From assembly GCA_964424195.1 (NCBI GenBank), contig CAYRHT010000004.1, positions 12,769 through 76,768 of the forward strand: DNA of 64,000 nucleotides, given 5' to 3'. Below the pieces are notes generated by a model. It saw nothing but the letters and a program-made list of their open reading frames with translations. It was not told the DNA's origin and made no database searches. Positions within the stretch are counted from its first letter, which is position 1. The number at the start of each line of letters is the position of its first letter. Below, piece after piece: positions 9,531 to 19,695 of the stretch. A program made the position numbers and the translations under genes. This stretch comes from an uncultured Gammaproteobacteria bacterium (GTDB lineage Bacteria > Patescibacteriota > Patescibacteriia > UBA1558 > S5-K13).

Positions 9531-10286
9531 TTATTTTATTTTTAAAACAATAGGGCAATGATCAGATCCCATTACTTGATCTAGGATATATGAGTCTTTA
9601 ATATTTTTAAGATACTTCTGAGAAGCACAGAAATAATCAATCCGCCAACCAACATTATTAGGACGAGCACCAGCTCGATAAGACCACCAAGTATATTGAA
9701 CCTTTTTTGGGTTTAAGTGTCTAAAAGTATCAACTGAACCAGAATCTAAATATTCTTGAAAAGAATTTCTTTCTTCATCAGTAAAACCAGCGTTACCAAT
9801 ATTAGCTTTTGGTCTAGCTAAGTCCATTTCTTGATGAGCTACATTAAAGTCACCAGTTACAATGACTGGTTTTTTCTTCTCTAACTTTTTAATATGTTTT
9901 AATAGTTTTTGATTAAACTCCATTTTGTAAGACATCCGAGATAATTCTCGATTAGCATTTGGAAAATAGACATTAATTAAGAAAAACTTCTTTAATTCTA
10001 GAATTTGAGCTCGTCCTTCATTATTTGGAAATATCTTTTGAGAGATTATTTCCTTTTTTAGGGAACTTTTGATTAACATCATAGTTCCACTATATCCTTT
10101 CCGTTCTGCTGAGTTCCAAAATTCTTCATAATTAGGAAAATCAAAGTCTTCTTTATTCCGAGCTGTATCATCAATCTTAATTTCTTGTAAACATAAAATA
10201 TCCGGTTTTTCTTTTTTTAGAAATTCCAGAAATCCTTTTTTAATGACGGCTCGAATACCGTTGATGTTCCAAGATATTATTTTCAT
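9531..10286 (-). CDS. xth: Exodeoxyribonuclease III / AP endonuclease
   Basis: SWNINGIRA, LQEIK, GDFNVAH, GWRIDY, GSDHCP. Confidence 0.97.
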   Translation of the reverse strand: MKIISWNINGIRAVIKKGFLEFLKKEKPDILCLQEIKIDDTARNKEDFDFPNYEEFWNSAERKGYSGTMMLIKSSLKKEIISQKIFPNNEGRAQILELKKFFLINVYFPNANRELSRMSYKMEFNQKLLKHIKKLEKKKPVIVTGDFNVAHQEMDLARPKANIGNAGFTDEERNSFQEYLDSGSVDTFRHLNPKKVQYTWWSYRAGARPNNVGWRIDYFCASQKYLKNIKDSYILDQVMGSDHCPIVLKIK

Positions 10287-10315
10287 AGTTGTATTATAGC
10301 ATGTAGAAGGAGGGT

Positions 10316-10371
10316 TGTGGATAACTTTGTTGACAACTTTGTTTACAACTTATATAATTAAGTTATCAACA
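10316..10371 (+). promoter_or_regulatory. Promoter of LexA-like gene overlapped by four 12-bp operator-like repeats
   Basis: TTGACA(10330)-17-TATAAT(10353); TGTGGATAACTT, TGTTGACAACTT, TGTTTACAACTT in tandem at 10316-10351, inverted copy at 10360-10371. Confidence 0.7.
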
Positions 10372-10391
10372 TTAAGTAATCAACTAATCAT

Positions 10392-11042
10392 ATGGATATT
10401 AAAAAATATATTGTAGATCAAATCAAGAAACAAGGTCGAGTAACTTCAGCTCAAGCAATTAATTATAGTGGATTTTCGCGGACTTATGTAAATCGATTCT
10501 TTAAGTCTCTTTGTGAGGAGAAGAGAATTAGCTTAGTCGGTCGAGCTAATACAGCTCATTATGTAAAATATGATCCTAGTTTAATTCAAAAGACAAAGCA
10601 AAAAAGATCTAATGTGAATAAAGGATTAATTCAAACTATTAAAGATATTATTGATATTCCAGTTTTAGGGACCGCTGATTGTGGAGAGCCTTTGAGTATT
10701 GCTGATGATTATATTGAAGATCATATTCAGATTTCTAAGAAATTTATTAAGGGAAGTTCAGCTGATTATTTTTTTGTAAGAGCTCAGGGAGACAGTATGA
10801 ACAAGGAAGGGATCAAGGATAAATCTTATGTTTTAGTCAGAAAAGGTCAGAATGTAAACGGTAATGGTGAGAATGTTCTAGCAGTTGTAAATGGTTTGGG
10901 AACTATTAAAAAATTTCACCGTCAAAAAGATGCTATTTACCTATCTCCTAATTCTAGTAATTCAAAGCATAAGCCAATTGTTTTACATCCAGAAGAAGAG
11001 TTCTTTGTGAGCGGTCTAGTAGAACGAGTATTTAATTTCTAA
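10392..11042 (+). CDS. LexA-like repressor (winged HTH plus S24 peptidase)
   Basis: IPVLGTADCG cleavage region, GDSM catalytic Ser, TIKK catalytic Lys; N-terminal wHTH unlike canonical LexA. Confidence 0.85.
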   Translation: MDIKKYIVDQIKKQGRVTSAQAINYSGFSRTYVNRFFKSLCEEKRISLVGRANTAHYVKYDPSLIQKTKQKRSNVNKGLIQTIKDIIDIPVLGTADCGEPLSIADDYIEDHIQISKKFIKGSSADYFFVRAQGDSMNKEGIKDKSYVLVRKGQNVNGNGENVLAVVNGLGTIKKFHRQKDAIYLSPNSSNSKHKPIVLHPEEEFFVSGLVERVFNF

Positions 11043-11091
11043 AAACCACTTTATTTAAATAAAAAATAAAAAAAGAAAGGAGAAAAATACA

Positions 11092-11163
11092 ATGATTATG
11101 GGAAAAACAAAAAAGACAAACATATTTTCAAGAAAATACATTTGCCTCTTTCAACTAAGTTAA
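11092..11163 (+). CDS. Possible 23-aa peptide MIMGKTKKTNIFSRKYICLFQLS
   Basis: AAGGAG upstream; lies between the LexA-like gene and its terminator. Confidence 0.3.
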   Translation: MIMGKTKKTNIFSRKYICLFQLS

Positions 11164-11176
11164 TAATAACAAAAAT

Positions 11177-11272
11177 ATGAAAAAAATAAAACTATTTACA
11201 AGAAAAGATGATTCTTATGAAAGAAGAATCAAAAAATTCTTTAAAAGTAGAAATCTAGTAGTCAACTTTTAA
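11177..11272 (+). CDS. Possible 31-aa peptide MKKIKLFTRKDDSYERRIKKFFKSRNLVVNF
   Basis: Hand-translated ORF ending just before the terminator. Confidence 0.3.
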   Translation: MKKIKLFTRKDDSYERRIKKFFKSRNLVVNF

Positions 11273-11293
11273 CAATCTCTCAGTTTAAATATT

Positions 11294-11326
11294 AGAATTC
11301 CCTTACTTCATTAGTAGGGGAGTTTT
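11294..11326 (+). terminator. Terminator of LexA-like unit
   Basis: agaattcccttact/agtaggggagtttt stem. Confidence 0.7.
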
Positions 11327-11392
11327 TAGTTTAAAAACCCTTGCTTTTATACTGATTTAGCATTAAAGTAGTAAAATTGATATACTACATAT

Positions 11393-12388
11393 ATGAATAT
11401 AGATAAATTAAAAGAAGTTTTAAAAGATCAACCAAAGTTTAGATTTAAACAGTGTCACAAAGCTGTATTTTTTGATTTTGCAGAAGACTGGAATGAGGTT
11501 TCAGTTCTTCCTTTAGAATTAAGAGAAAAGTTGAATAAAGAATGTTCTTTGGAAATAAAGTCAGAGTTTACTGAGTCTCGGAATAGAAAAACTATCAAAG
11601 CTCTATTAATCTTGGAAGATGAGAAAAAGATTGAAGCAGTATTAATGCGTCATGGTAACCGAAATACAGTTTGTGTTTCTTGTCAGGTTGGTTGTCCTCT
11701 AGCTTGTGAGTTTTGTGCTACTGGTAAGATGGGGCTTACTAGAAATTTAATTAAAGAAGAAATTATTGAACAGGTTTTACTTTTTTCTCGATATTTAAAA
11801 AAGTATGATGAACGAGTAACTAACGTGGTATTTATGGGAATGGGCGAGCCTTTCTTAAATTATGATAATGTTATTGAATCTATTAAGATTTTAAATGATC
11901 ATCAAGCTTTTAATATTGGAGTGAGACATATCTCTATTTCCACTGCTGGTTTAATTGAGGGAATCAAGAGATTAAGCAAAGAGAATTTACAAGTTAATTT
12001 AGCTATTTCTTTACATGCTCCGAACGATCAACTTCGTTCAGAGTTAATGCCAGTTAATAATCAACATTCTCTCAGTGTTCTATTTAAAGCAGTCAGTGAT
12101 TATGTTGAAAAAACAAATCGAAGAGTAATGTTTGAATACCTTTTAATTAAAGATGTTAATGATTTTGAAAAACATGCTTTAGAATTAGCTCAATTAATGA
12201 AAAGTAATAAGCTATACATGGTTAATCTAATTCCATATAATCCAACAGGTAAATTTAAGTCTTCTGATACGAGAACTATCGAGAATTTTATGAGAATCTT
12301 AGACAGAGAAGGAATAAATTTTACTCAAAGGTATAAGTTTGGGAAGGATATTAAAGGAGCTTGTGGACAATTAGCGGGTAAAAAGTAA
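11393..12388 (+). CDS. rlmN: 23S rRNA m2A2503 radical-SAM methyltransferase
   Basis: CPLACEFC, VFMGMGEP, LAISLHAP, ACGQL. Confidence 0.95.
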   Translation: MNIDKLKEVLKDQPKFRFKQCHKAVFFDFAEDWNEVSVLPLELREKLNKECSLEIKSEFTESRNRKTIKALLILEDEKKIEAVLMRHGNRNTVCVSCQVGCPLACEFCATGKMGLTRNLIKEEIIEQVLLFSRYLKKYDERVTNVVFMGMGEPFLNYDNVIESIKILNDHQAFNIGVRHISISTAGLIEGIKRLSKENLQVNLAISLHAPNDQLRSELMPVNNQHSLSVLFKAVSDYVEKTNRRVMFEYLLIKDVNDFEKHALELAQLMKSNKLYMVNLIPYNPTGKFKSSDTRTIENFMRILDREGINFTQRYKFGKDIKGACGQLAGKK

Positions 12389-12471
12389 AAAATTATCTAG
12401 ATTTATTTTCTTATGTTATAATTAAATTCCACTCTTGAGGAGTGGTTTTATTAATAAGAAGATATAATTTT

Positions 12472-12825
12472 ATGAAGGATATTCAAAGTGTTTATAACAC
12501 TATGGAAGAAAGAAAAAAGGAATTAAAGGATCTTAGAGATATGTATAAGGACGCTAGAGAGAATTCTCTTCCTTATCAAAATATACTAGAGAGATTGCAA
12601 GAGATAAAAAATCAAAAAGCACTTTTAGAAAAATCTATCAAAGATGGAATGGGTAAGGATTATGAAAAAATGGAAGAACTTAAATCAGAACTACAATCTG
12701 ATAAAGAAATGATGACTGATATTGCTCTAACTAAATTCATGAAAGGGGAGATATTAGAACTTAAGGATAAATATGATAATCAGTATGAGCCAGTTTTTTC
12801 AGTAAAATTTAAAAAAGTTAAATAG
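12472..12825 (+). CDS. Coiled-coil hypothetical protein
   Basis: Likely start ATG 12472; helical charged sequence ending YEPVFSVKFKK. Confidence 0.75.
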   Translation: MKDIQSVYNTMEERKKELKDLRDMYKDARENSLPYQNILERLQEIKNQKALLEKSIKDGMGKDYEKMEELKSELQSDKEMMTDIALTKFMKGEILELKDKYDNQYEPVFSVKFKKVK

Positions 12826-12904
12826 AGATTATTTATAATCCAGTTGATAATTAACTTATAGTAGAATACTATATAAGTAAGGGTTAAACTTTAATTAAAG
12901 CTTT

Positions 12905-14101
12905 ATGAAAAATATTTATTCATTTATTTTAGGGCATTCACCAGAATTATCTTTAGGAGAGATAAAAAGTGTTTTGAATTATCAAAATATTAGTTTTAGT
13001 ATTGTTCATTCTGATTCTAAGTTTTTACTTTTGGAGACAGAAGAAGAATTAGATGTTGAGAATTTAAATAATACTCTAGGAGGAATTATTAAGATTGGTA
13101 AATTAGAATTTTTTATAGATAAATTAGATAATTCAGAAAATTTGATAAGTTCCTTTGTAGAAATAATTAAAAGAAATTGTAGTTTAGATAAAAAAGTTAA
13201 GTTTGGATTTAGTTTGTATGGAAAAAATAGGAATACTGAAAATTTTATTTATAAACTTTCCATTGGTATCAAGAAGTATTTTAAATCAGAAGAAATAAGC
13301 AGTCGAATTGTTACTTCTAAGAATATTGAGCTGTCAGCAGTGATTGTTAGTAAAGAACATTTAATAGATCTAGGTTTTGATATGCAAGTTTTAAATATGG
13401 CTGGTAGATTTTATTTCCTACGAACTTTAGCTGTCCAAGATTTTGCTAGATTCAATGCTTTAGATTATGATCGACCACGAGTTGATTCTAAATCAGGAAT
13501 GATGCCTCCTAAATTAGCCAAGATTATGTTGAATCTAGTTAATAAGAAAGAAATTGTTTTAGATCCCTTTTGTGGTTCAGGAACAATACTTTTAATGGCT
13601 GCTGAACTAGGATTTAAAAAAGTAATTGGTTCTGATATTTCTGAAAAAGCAATTTTAGATTCTCAAGAAAATATTAAATGGTATCAAGAAAGATTTAATA
13701 ACAAAATAGATAGTTATATTTTTAAAGCTGATGTTATAAATCTCATGCAAGAGGGGATTGAAAAGAACTCTATAGATTCTATTGTTAGTGAAGGTTATTT
13801 AGGACAACCATTGAGAGGAAATGAGAGTTTTATTTTTATTCAAAAACAGATTAGCGAACTAAAAGAGTTATATTTAAATTCTTTTAAAGTATTTAAAGAT
13901 ATTTTAAAAACTAGTGGATGTGTTATTATAACTTTACCAATTTTTGTGGTTGATAATGAAGAAAAGCATTTAGGAATTATTAGGGAGATAGAAAATTTAG
14001 GATTTAAAGAAGAATTTTTATTAGAAGATGGCAAAAGCTTGATTTATAAGAGAGAAGGACAAAGAGTGTATAGAAATGTAATTAAATTTATAAAAATATA
14101 A
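12905..14101 (+). CDS. Trm11/TrmG10-like RNA methyltransferase
   Basis: GMMPPKLAKIMLNL, SAM motif LDPFCGSGT, THUMP-like N-terminus. Confidence 0.8.
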   Translation: MKNIYSFILGHSPELSLGEIKSVLNYQNISFSIVHSDSKFLLLETEEELDVENLNNTLGGIIKIGKLEFFIDKLDNSENLISSFVEIIKRNCSLDKKVKFGFSLYGKNRNTENFIYKLSIGIKKYFKSEEISSRIVTSKNIELSAVIVSKEHLIDLGFDMQVLNMAGRFYFLRTLAVQDFARFNALDYDRPRVDSKSGMMPPKLAKIMLNLVNKKEIVLDPFCGSGTILLMAAELGFKKVIGSDISEKAILDSQENIKWYQERFNNKIDSYIFKADVINLMQEGIEKNSIDSIVSEGYLGQPLRGNESFIFIQKQISELKELYLNSFKVFKDILKTSGCVIITLPIFVVDNEEKHLGIIREIENLGFKEEFLLEDGKSLIYKREGQRVYRNVIKFIKI

Positions 14102-14107
14102 AATACT

Positions 14108-15463
14108 ATGGAACTACCAAAACAAATTTTTAAATCTTACGATATTCGAGGAATTTATCCTGAAGAATTAGATGAAAAAGTAGCTCAAGAAATAGCTTTA
14201 CTATTCCTTTCTTTTATTAGTCAGAAGATTAATAAAAAACCAAATGAAATGAAGATTGTTATCGCTCGGGATATTAGGAATTCTTCAGAATCCTTAGCTA
14301 ATGTTTTTAAGGAAACCTTAATTAGTAAAGGAGTTCAAGTTGATGATTTAGGACTAATGTCAGTTGATGTGATTTATTTTGCTACTGGCAAGTTCAATTA
14401 TGATGGTGGCGTAATGGTAACGGCTTCTCATAATCCTGGAGCATATGGTGGATTTAAGATGGTTTCTAAAGGTGTAGAATGGATTAGAGGTATAGATCTT
14501 TGGGGTCATCGTCAGGATAAAATAGATTTTCCAGAAATGGACTCGGGAAGATTAAAAAATATTGATATTTGGGATGAGTACTTAGAAATGATTTTTTCTT
14601 TTATTGATATAGAGAAGATTAAACCAATGAAAGTAGTAGTTGATGCTGGTAATGGAATGGCTGGGACAATGATTCCGAAAATTGTTGAAAGATTACCACA
14701 ATTAGAATTAGTTCCATTGTTTTTTGAACCAGATGGTACTTTCCCAAACCGAAATCCTAATCCTTTAGGGGAAGGAGCTTATCAGAAGTTATCTGATAAA
14801 ATTAAAGAAGTTAAGGCAGACATTGGTTTTATTTATGATGCTGATGCAGATCGAGTTTTTATTGTAGATGAAAATGGAAAATTTTTATTAGGAGATCAGA
14901 CTCTGATGATTTTATCTAAACAGATATTAGAAAGAGTTCCTAATGCCGGGATTGTTTACAATTTGATTTGTTCTAAAAATATTCCAGAGTTTATTGAAAA
15001 AAATGGTGGAAGAGCAATTCGTTCAGAAGTTGGTTATGTAAATATTGGTAAACACATGGAAGAAGAAAAAGGAGTTATGGGTGGAGAAGTTTCAGCACAT
15101 TTTTCTTTTCAAAAAAACTACTATTCTGATTCAGGATTTATTGCTTTTGTAATGGCTTTACAAGCTGTTAGTGAAGAAGGTTTTAAAATTTCAGATTTTA
15201 TTAATGCTAATACTAATTGGTATCGAGCTAATGAGGTCAATTTAACTATTGAGGACAAAGAAGCGGCTCTAAATAAAATAAGAGAATATTTTTCAGAGAA
15301 TATTTTAGATGAGATAGATGGTATTACAATTGAATTTGAAGATTGGTGGTTCAATGTTCGACCATCAAATACTGAACCTTTGTTAAGAGTTACTATTGAA
15401 TGTCGAAATGAAGAGGACATTGAAGAAAAAACAGAAGAAGTTTTAAAGATTATAAAAGATTAA
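14108..15463 (+). CDS. Phosphomannomutase/phosphoglucomutase
   Basis: FKSYDIRG, TASHNP, DADADR, GEVSAH, RPSNTEP. Confidence 0.95.
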   Translation: MELPKQIFKSYDIRGIYPEELDEKVAQEIALLFLSFISQKINKKPNEMKIVIARDIRNSSESLANVFKETLISKGVQVDDLGLMSVDVIYFATGKFNYDGGVMVTASHNPGAYGGFKMVSKGVEWIRGIDLWGHRQDKIDFPEMDSGRLKNIDIWDEYLEMIFSFIDIEKIKPMKVVVDAGNGMAGTMIPKIVERLPQLELVPLFFEPDGTFPNRNPNPLGEGAYQKLSDKIKEVKADIGFIYDADADRVFIVDENGKFLLGDQTLMILSKQILERVPNAGIVYNLICSKNIPEFIEKNGGRAIRSEVGYVNIGKHMEEEKGVMGGEVSAHFSFQKNYYSDSGFIAFVMALQAVSEEGFKISDFINANTNWYRANEVNLTIEDKEAALNKIREYFSENILDEIDGITIEFEDWWFNVRPSNTEPLLRVTIECRNEEDIEEKTEEVLKIIKD

Positions 15464-15467
15464 TTAT

Positions 15468-16277
15468 ATGATTGGAATATTTGATTCAGGTTTAGGAGGT
15501 TTAATAGCTTTTAAAGAAATAGAAAAAGCTTTGCCGGATTATTCTTACACTTATTTGGGAGATACTCTAAGATCTCCCTATGGAGGTAGAAGCCAGGAAG
15601 CTGTTTATGAATTTACTGAAAAAGCTGTAGATTTTTTATTCCAAAAAGGTTGTCAGTTAGTTATTGTAGCTTGTAATACTGCTTCTTCAGAAGCTCTGAG
15701 AAAATTACAGCAGGAATATTTACCAAAGTTAAAAGATAAGTCTAAAAATATATTAGGTGTGATTCGTCCTTTAGCTGAAGAAGCCGTAGAAGTATCAAAG
15801 ACCAAGAGAGTCGGAGTAGTAGGAACTAAAGCTACTATTTCTTCTAATGTTTATGAAAAAGAATTACAGAAGTTAGATAAAGAAATTAAAGTTTTTCAAA
15901 AGACTTGCCCATTATTAGTTCCTTTGATAGAAGAAAACTATGTTCATCGGCTAGAGACTAAGAAAATCCTTAAAAATTATTTAAGAAGTTTAAAAAATGA
16001 CAATATTGATACTTTAATTTTAGGCTGTACTCATTATCCAATTTTATTAAAAGAATTTAGAAGAATCATGGGAAAGAAAGTTCAAGTTATTGATTCTTCG
16101 GAAGTAATTGCTAAGAAATTAAAGGATTATTTAGGGCGTCATCCAGAATTTGAAAAAGTATTAGAGAAGAAGAAAAAAAGAAAATATTTGGTTACAGATT
16201 TAAATCAAAATTTCTTAGAAATGTCAGAGAGAATTCTAAATCAGGAAGTAAAGTTTGAAAAAGTAATTATTGATTAG
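15468..16277 (+). CDS. murI: Glutamate racemase
   Basis: FDSGLGG, VACNTAS, LGCTHYP. Confidence 0.97.
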   Translation: MIGIFDSGLGGLIAFKEIEKALPDYSYTYLGDTLRSPYGGRSQEAVYEFTEKAVDFLFQKGCQLVIVACNTASSEALRKLQQEYLPKLKDKSKNILGVIRPLAEEAVEVSKTKRVGVVGTKATISSNVYEKELQKLDKEIKVFQKTCPLLVPLIEENYVHRLETKKILKNYLRSLKNDNIDTLILGCTHYPILLKEFRRIMGKKVQVIDSSEVIAKKLKDYLGRHPEFEKVLEKKKKRKYLVTDLNQNFLEMSERILNQEVKFEKVIID

Positions 16278-16312
16278 AATTTAAATTGTTTTTAAATACT
16301 TTTATTTTTGAA

Positions 16313-16585
16313 TTATAACTTAGGCAAAGCTCTGGTTCGAGGATTAGTGTTTATTTTTTTAGGTATGTTAAATTTTTCAATATTCTTTTTATTAATAGCT
16401 TCTTTCTCTATTTCAGTTATTAATCTGATTTGTTTTTCCTTAGAATTATTAAGAGATTCATTATTATTATTTCTTTTTTTTATGATATATAAAATACTAG
16501 CAAAAATAATTTCTATTCCTAAAATAATAATAATTACTAATAATGTAATTTTAATACCTTTTCTATTTGAATTGTCTGAGTTCAT
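16313..16585 (-). CDS. Small single-TM hypothetical protein
   Basis: 90 aa, one TM followed by a basic tail. Confidence 0.5.
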   Translation of the reverse strand: MNSDNSNRKGIKITLLVIIIILGIEIIFASILYIIKKRNNNNESLNNSKEKQIRLITEIEKEAINKKNIEKFNIPKKINTNPRTRALPKL

Positions 16586-16725
16586 AGAATTTAATATTTA
16601 TGATTATATTATAACACTCAGTATTTATTTTTACAATTTGTCAAATATCTACTATAATTAATAGTAGACAGGTAATTAATTTACCCAATATTTTTAGATA
16701 TTATTAATTTTTTAATATAAATTTT

Positions 16726-18765
16726 ATGAAAAATAAGAAAAGAAACTTAGTAATTTATAAAATAGTATTTATTTTATTTTTACTAATGAATGTAGTAGGT
16801 GTTTCTGCTGCTGACTGGCAGGAACCAACTTGTGATCCTCCAGAATGTAATGTTTCTTCTCCTTTAAATCAAGGAAAGACTGCTCAATTTAAAAAGGGTG
16901 CTTTACATTTAGGTAATACGGAAGCTATGGATGGATATTTATTTTCAGTAAAGAGTGGAAAATCATATTTCGAAGATACTTTAGATATTAAGAATGGAAT
17001 GAATATTGAAGGAGTAACGGTTATTAATGATGATTTAATGATTGATGAGGGTATGTTAAACATTAATAATACTGAAGATTCTAGTGTTCTCTATGTTCAA
17101 GCATCACAGGCAAATGCAGTTGCTATTCAAGGCTCTTCTTTGACCGGTGTTGGTATTAAAGGTGTTACGGCAGAAGGAATTGGTGTTGATGGTAATGCAG
17201 GGGGTACTGGTATTGGTGTTTATGGTTGGAGTTTAAGTGCTGCTGCTGTCGGAGTTGTTGGATTCAATAATGCTAAGGATGGTTTAGCAGGAAGATTCGA
17301 TAATATAGTTAGATTTAATTCTTATACTGATCCTGTTGTTGGTCCTGATTATACAGAAATTACTGATTATACAGAAATTAATGGAGGGACTGCTGTTTTT
17401 AGCAATGTAGTTGGTGAAAAAGTTACTATTTCACCACCAGATATTATATTAGAAAGAGGAATTATTAATCTGAATGACGGAAAAATAATCAATCTTGCTA
17501 CTCCTACAGAGAATGGAGATGCAACAAATAAAGAATATGTTGATAATGCTGTTCTAAACAACAACGATGATGATTGGGAAATAGCTGGTAATAATATTTA
17601 CAAAGAAAGCGGTAATGTAGGAATTGGATTATCAGATCCAAGTTCTGCTTTAGAAGTCAATGGATTAGTTACTCTTCCTTGTCAGAATAGTGTTAGTAAT
17701 CCTCCGGTAACTGGATTAAAAATAGGTGATAATTCATATATTTATGATAGTTCTTGTAGTCTTGTAGAGGAAGAGGAAGAACAGGAGAACGATGATAACG
17801 ATACTTTCCAAACTTTGCATATAGATTCTGAAGAAGTTATTGATATTAGTTCTTTAAGAGGTATTAAATTACAAGTTAAAGATAAATACGGGATTAATAT
17901 TGACACTGAAGGAGCAGTAACACTTGGTGGCTGGCTTCAATCTGTTCCTAAAAACTCTTATATCCAAAATTCATGGAATATAAGTGGATTTTATACTGGA
18001 GCAGCAGCGGTTGGTAAAGAAGTTTTAGAGAATCAAGAAATGGAAATGGCTTTATTTGGTCGAACTGGAAATACTATTAGTACGGAATCTGATGGGGCAA
18101 CTTATGGTGGTGTCGGGATAAGAGCTCGAGGAACAACAGGCCTTTATAGTTATATAGGTGTTCATGGTTATGCTAAGGGAAATGTGAGTTCAGAATATAG
18201 TTATGGTGTTTTAGGAGAGTCAGAGAAAGGAACTGCTTTACGAGGAAATCTAACTGGACCAACGGGAAATATTTTAGTTTTAGATTCACCATATTTTGCT
18301 TCTGGAAATGCTTTCGTAGTTGATGCTCAGGGTAATACAACTATGCAAGGTGATCTATTAACAGTAGCAGATGCTTTCCAAGTTGGAGGTAATTTTGATG
18401 TCGCTGAAGATATAACTGTAGGAGGAGATTTCAGTGTAATTGGAGATTCAATTTTAGGGGATGAAAATGCGGAAGTATATATGCCTGGTGGTGGAACTCT
18501 AGATAATGGATTGTTAATCCGAAGTGGTGGTTTACAAATTAATGGAGGTAATTTAGATATTACTAATAATGATCTTAATGTTTCTAGTGGCAATCTATTA
18601 TTAGACGGAGATGCTGAAATAATTGGTAAATTAGAAGCATCAACTATTGAGCCTTATTATCCAGAAGGCGTTGTTCCAGAAGGAGGAATAGCATCAATAG
18701 AATTTGATGCTAATGGAAATGTAGTAATAACTCTACCATCTAGTTCAGTAGTTAGTCCTAAATAA
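16726..18765 (+). CDS. Secreted fibre/adhesin-like protein
   Basis: Signal peptide; WQEPTCDPPECNVSSPLN; Gly-rich beta repeats; NLATPTENGDATNKEYVD (adhesin neck-like); GNVGIG..PSSALEVNG. Confidence 0.7.
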   Translation: MKNKKRNLVIYKIVFILFLLMNVVGVSAADWQEPTCDPPECNVSSPLNQGKTAQFKKGALHLGNTEAMDGYLFSVKSGKSYFEDTLDIKNGMNIEGVTVINDDLMIDEGMLNINNTEDSSVLYVQASQANAVAIQGSSLTGVGIKGVTAEGIGVDGNAGGTGIGVYGWSLSAAAVGVVGFNNAKDGLAGRFDNIVRFNSYTDPVVGPDYTEITDYTEINGGTAVFSNVVGEKVTISPPDIILERGIINLNDGKIINLATPTENGDATNKEYVDNAVLNNNDDDWEIAGNNIYKESGNVGIGLSDPSSALEVNGLVTLPCQNSVSNPPVTGLKIGDNSYIYDSSCSLVEEEEEQENDDNDTFQTLHIDSEEVIDISSLRGIKLQVKDKYGINIDTEGAVTLGGWLQSVPKNSYIQNSWNISGFYTGAAAVGKEVLENQEMEMALFGRTGNTISTESDGATYGGVGIRARGTTGLYSYIGVHGYAKGNVSSEYSYGVLGESEKGTALRGNLTGPTGNILVLDSPYFASGNAFVVDAQGNTTMQGDLLTVADAFQVGGNFDVAEDITVGGDFSVIGDSILGDENAEVYMPGGGTLDNGLLIRSGGLQINGGNLDITNNDLNVSSGNLLLDGDAEIIGKLEASTIEPYYPEGVVPEGGIASIEFDANGNVVITLPSSSVVSPK

Positions 18766-18778
18766 ATATAGGTAAAAT

Positions 18779-19651
18779 ATGAATTTAAATTTTAAACAAT
18801 CCATTAAACTTTTAACACTAGTCTTAGTAGTTCTAGGTACTGTTACTTTTTTAATTCCAAAAACTTTAGCAGCCGGATTTAGAATTGATGTTGGAGAAAT
18901 TAATTGGGAAATTAATTTAGATGGTATTTACAAAAAAGATTCTAAGATAAATTGTAGTGATATTCAAGTGGGAAATATTCCAGATAATGGATTTTTAGTA
19001 AAAAATAGTTCCGGAACTAAATTATTTTTGGTAGACGAGGATAAGATTTATGTTAGCGCTAAAAGTTCATTTAGCTCTTTAGAATATTCTAGTTCAATTT
19101 CTAATTCTTTTATTATTAAAGATAGCGATAATAATATTCTGATTTATGTTGATGATAATGGTTTACATTATAGAGAGGACATGTGTGTCATTGAAGAGGT
19201 AGTAGAATGTGGTAATGGAATTTCAGAAGCAGGAGAGGAATGTGATGATGGTAATAGTAGTAATAATGATTCTTGTTTAAATACTTGTGAGATAGCTAGT
19301 TGTGATGATGGTTATATTTGGAATACTGATGGTGGAACAGAAGCTTGTGATGATGGTTATATTTTAAATGGTTATGAGTGTATTTGTAATCTTGATTGGG
19401 ATGAATCCTGTAGTTATTGTAGTTTTAGTTGTGAAATCATAACTAAAACAGATTGCACCTGTTTAAGCGGTGATATTCAGTATCCAGAAGAATGTGAATG
19501 GGCCATTAATCCTTCTACTGATCCACCTACTTATTATAATAATATAACCTGTCTGGGAAATGAGGAATGTAGTGCTTATTGTCGATGTTATACGCCAGGG
19601 ATTGGAGAAGAACCAGAAACTCCAGGTTTACCACCAATCGTACCAAAATAA
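18779..19651 (+). CDS. Secreted protein with Myxococcus-type cysteine-rich repeats
   Basis: CGNGISEAGEECDDGN and EACDDG repeats; signal peptide. Confidence 0.8.
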   Translation: MNLNFKQSIKLLTLVLVVLGTVTFLIPKTLAAGFRIDVGEINWEINLDGIYKKDSKINCSDIQVGNIPDNGFLVKNSSGTKLFLVDEDKIYVSAKSSFSSLEYSSSISNSFIIKDSDNNILIYVDDNGLHYREDMCVIEEVVECGNGISEAGEECDDGNSSNNDSCLNTCEIASCDDGYIWNTDGGTEACDDGYILNGYECICNLDWDESCSYCSFSCEIITKTDCTCLSGDIQYPEECEWAINPSTDPPTYYNNITCLGNEECSAYCRCYTPGIGEEPETPGLPPIVPK

Positions 19652-19695
19652 GATTTAATTAAAATAATCGAGTTGATCTCAAGGGAGATAAAAAA

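Noticed and set aside
16308-16661. 117-aa plus-strand ORF
   Set aside because: TTG start, shadow of the more plausible minus-strand 90-aa TM protein
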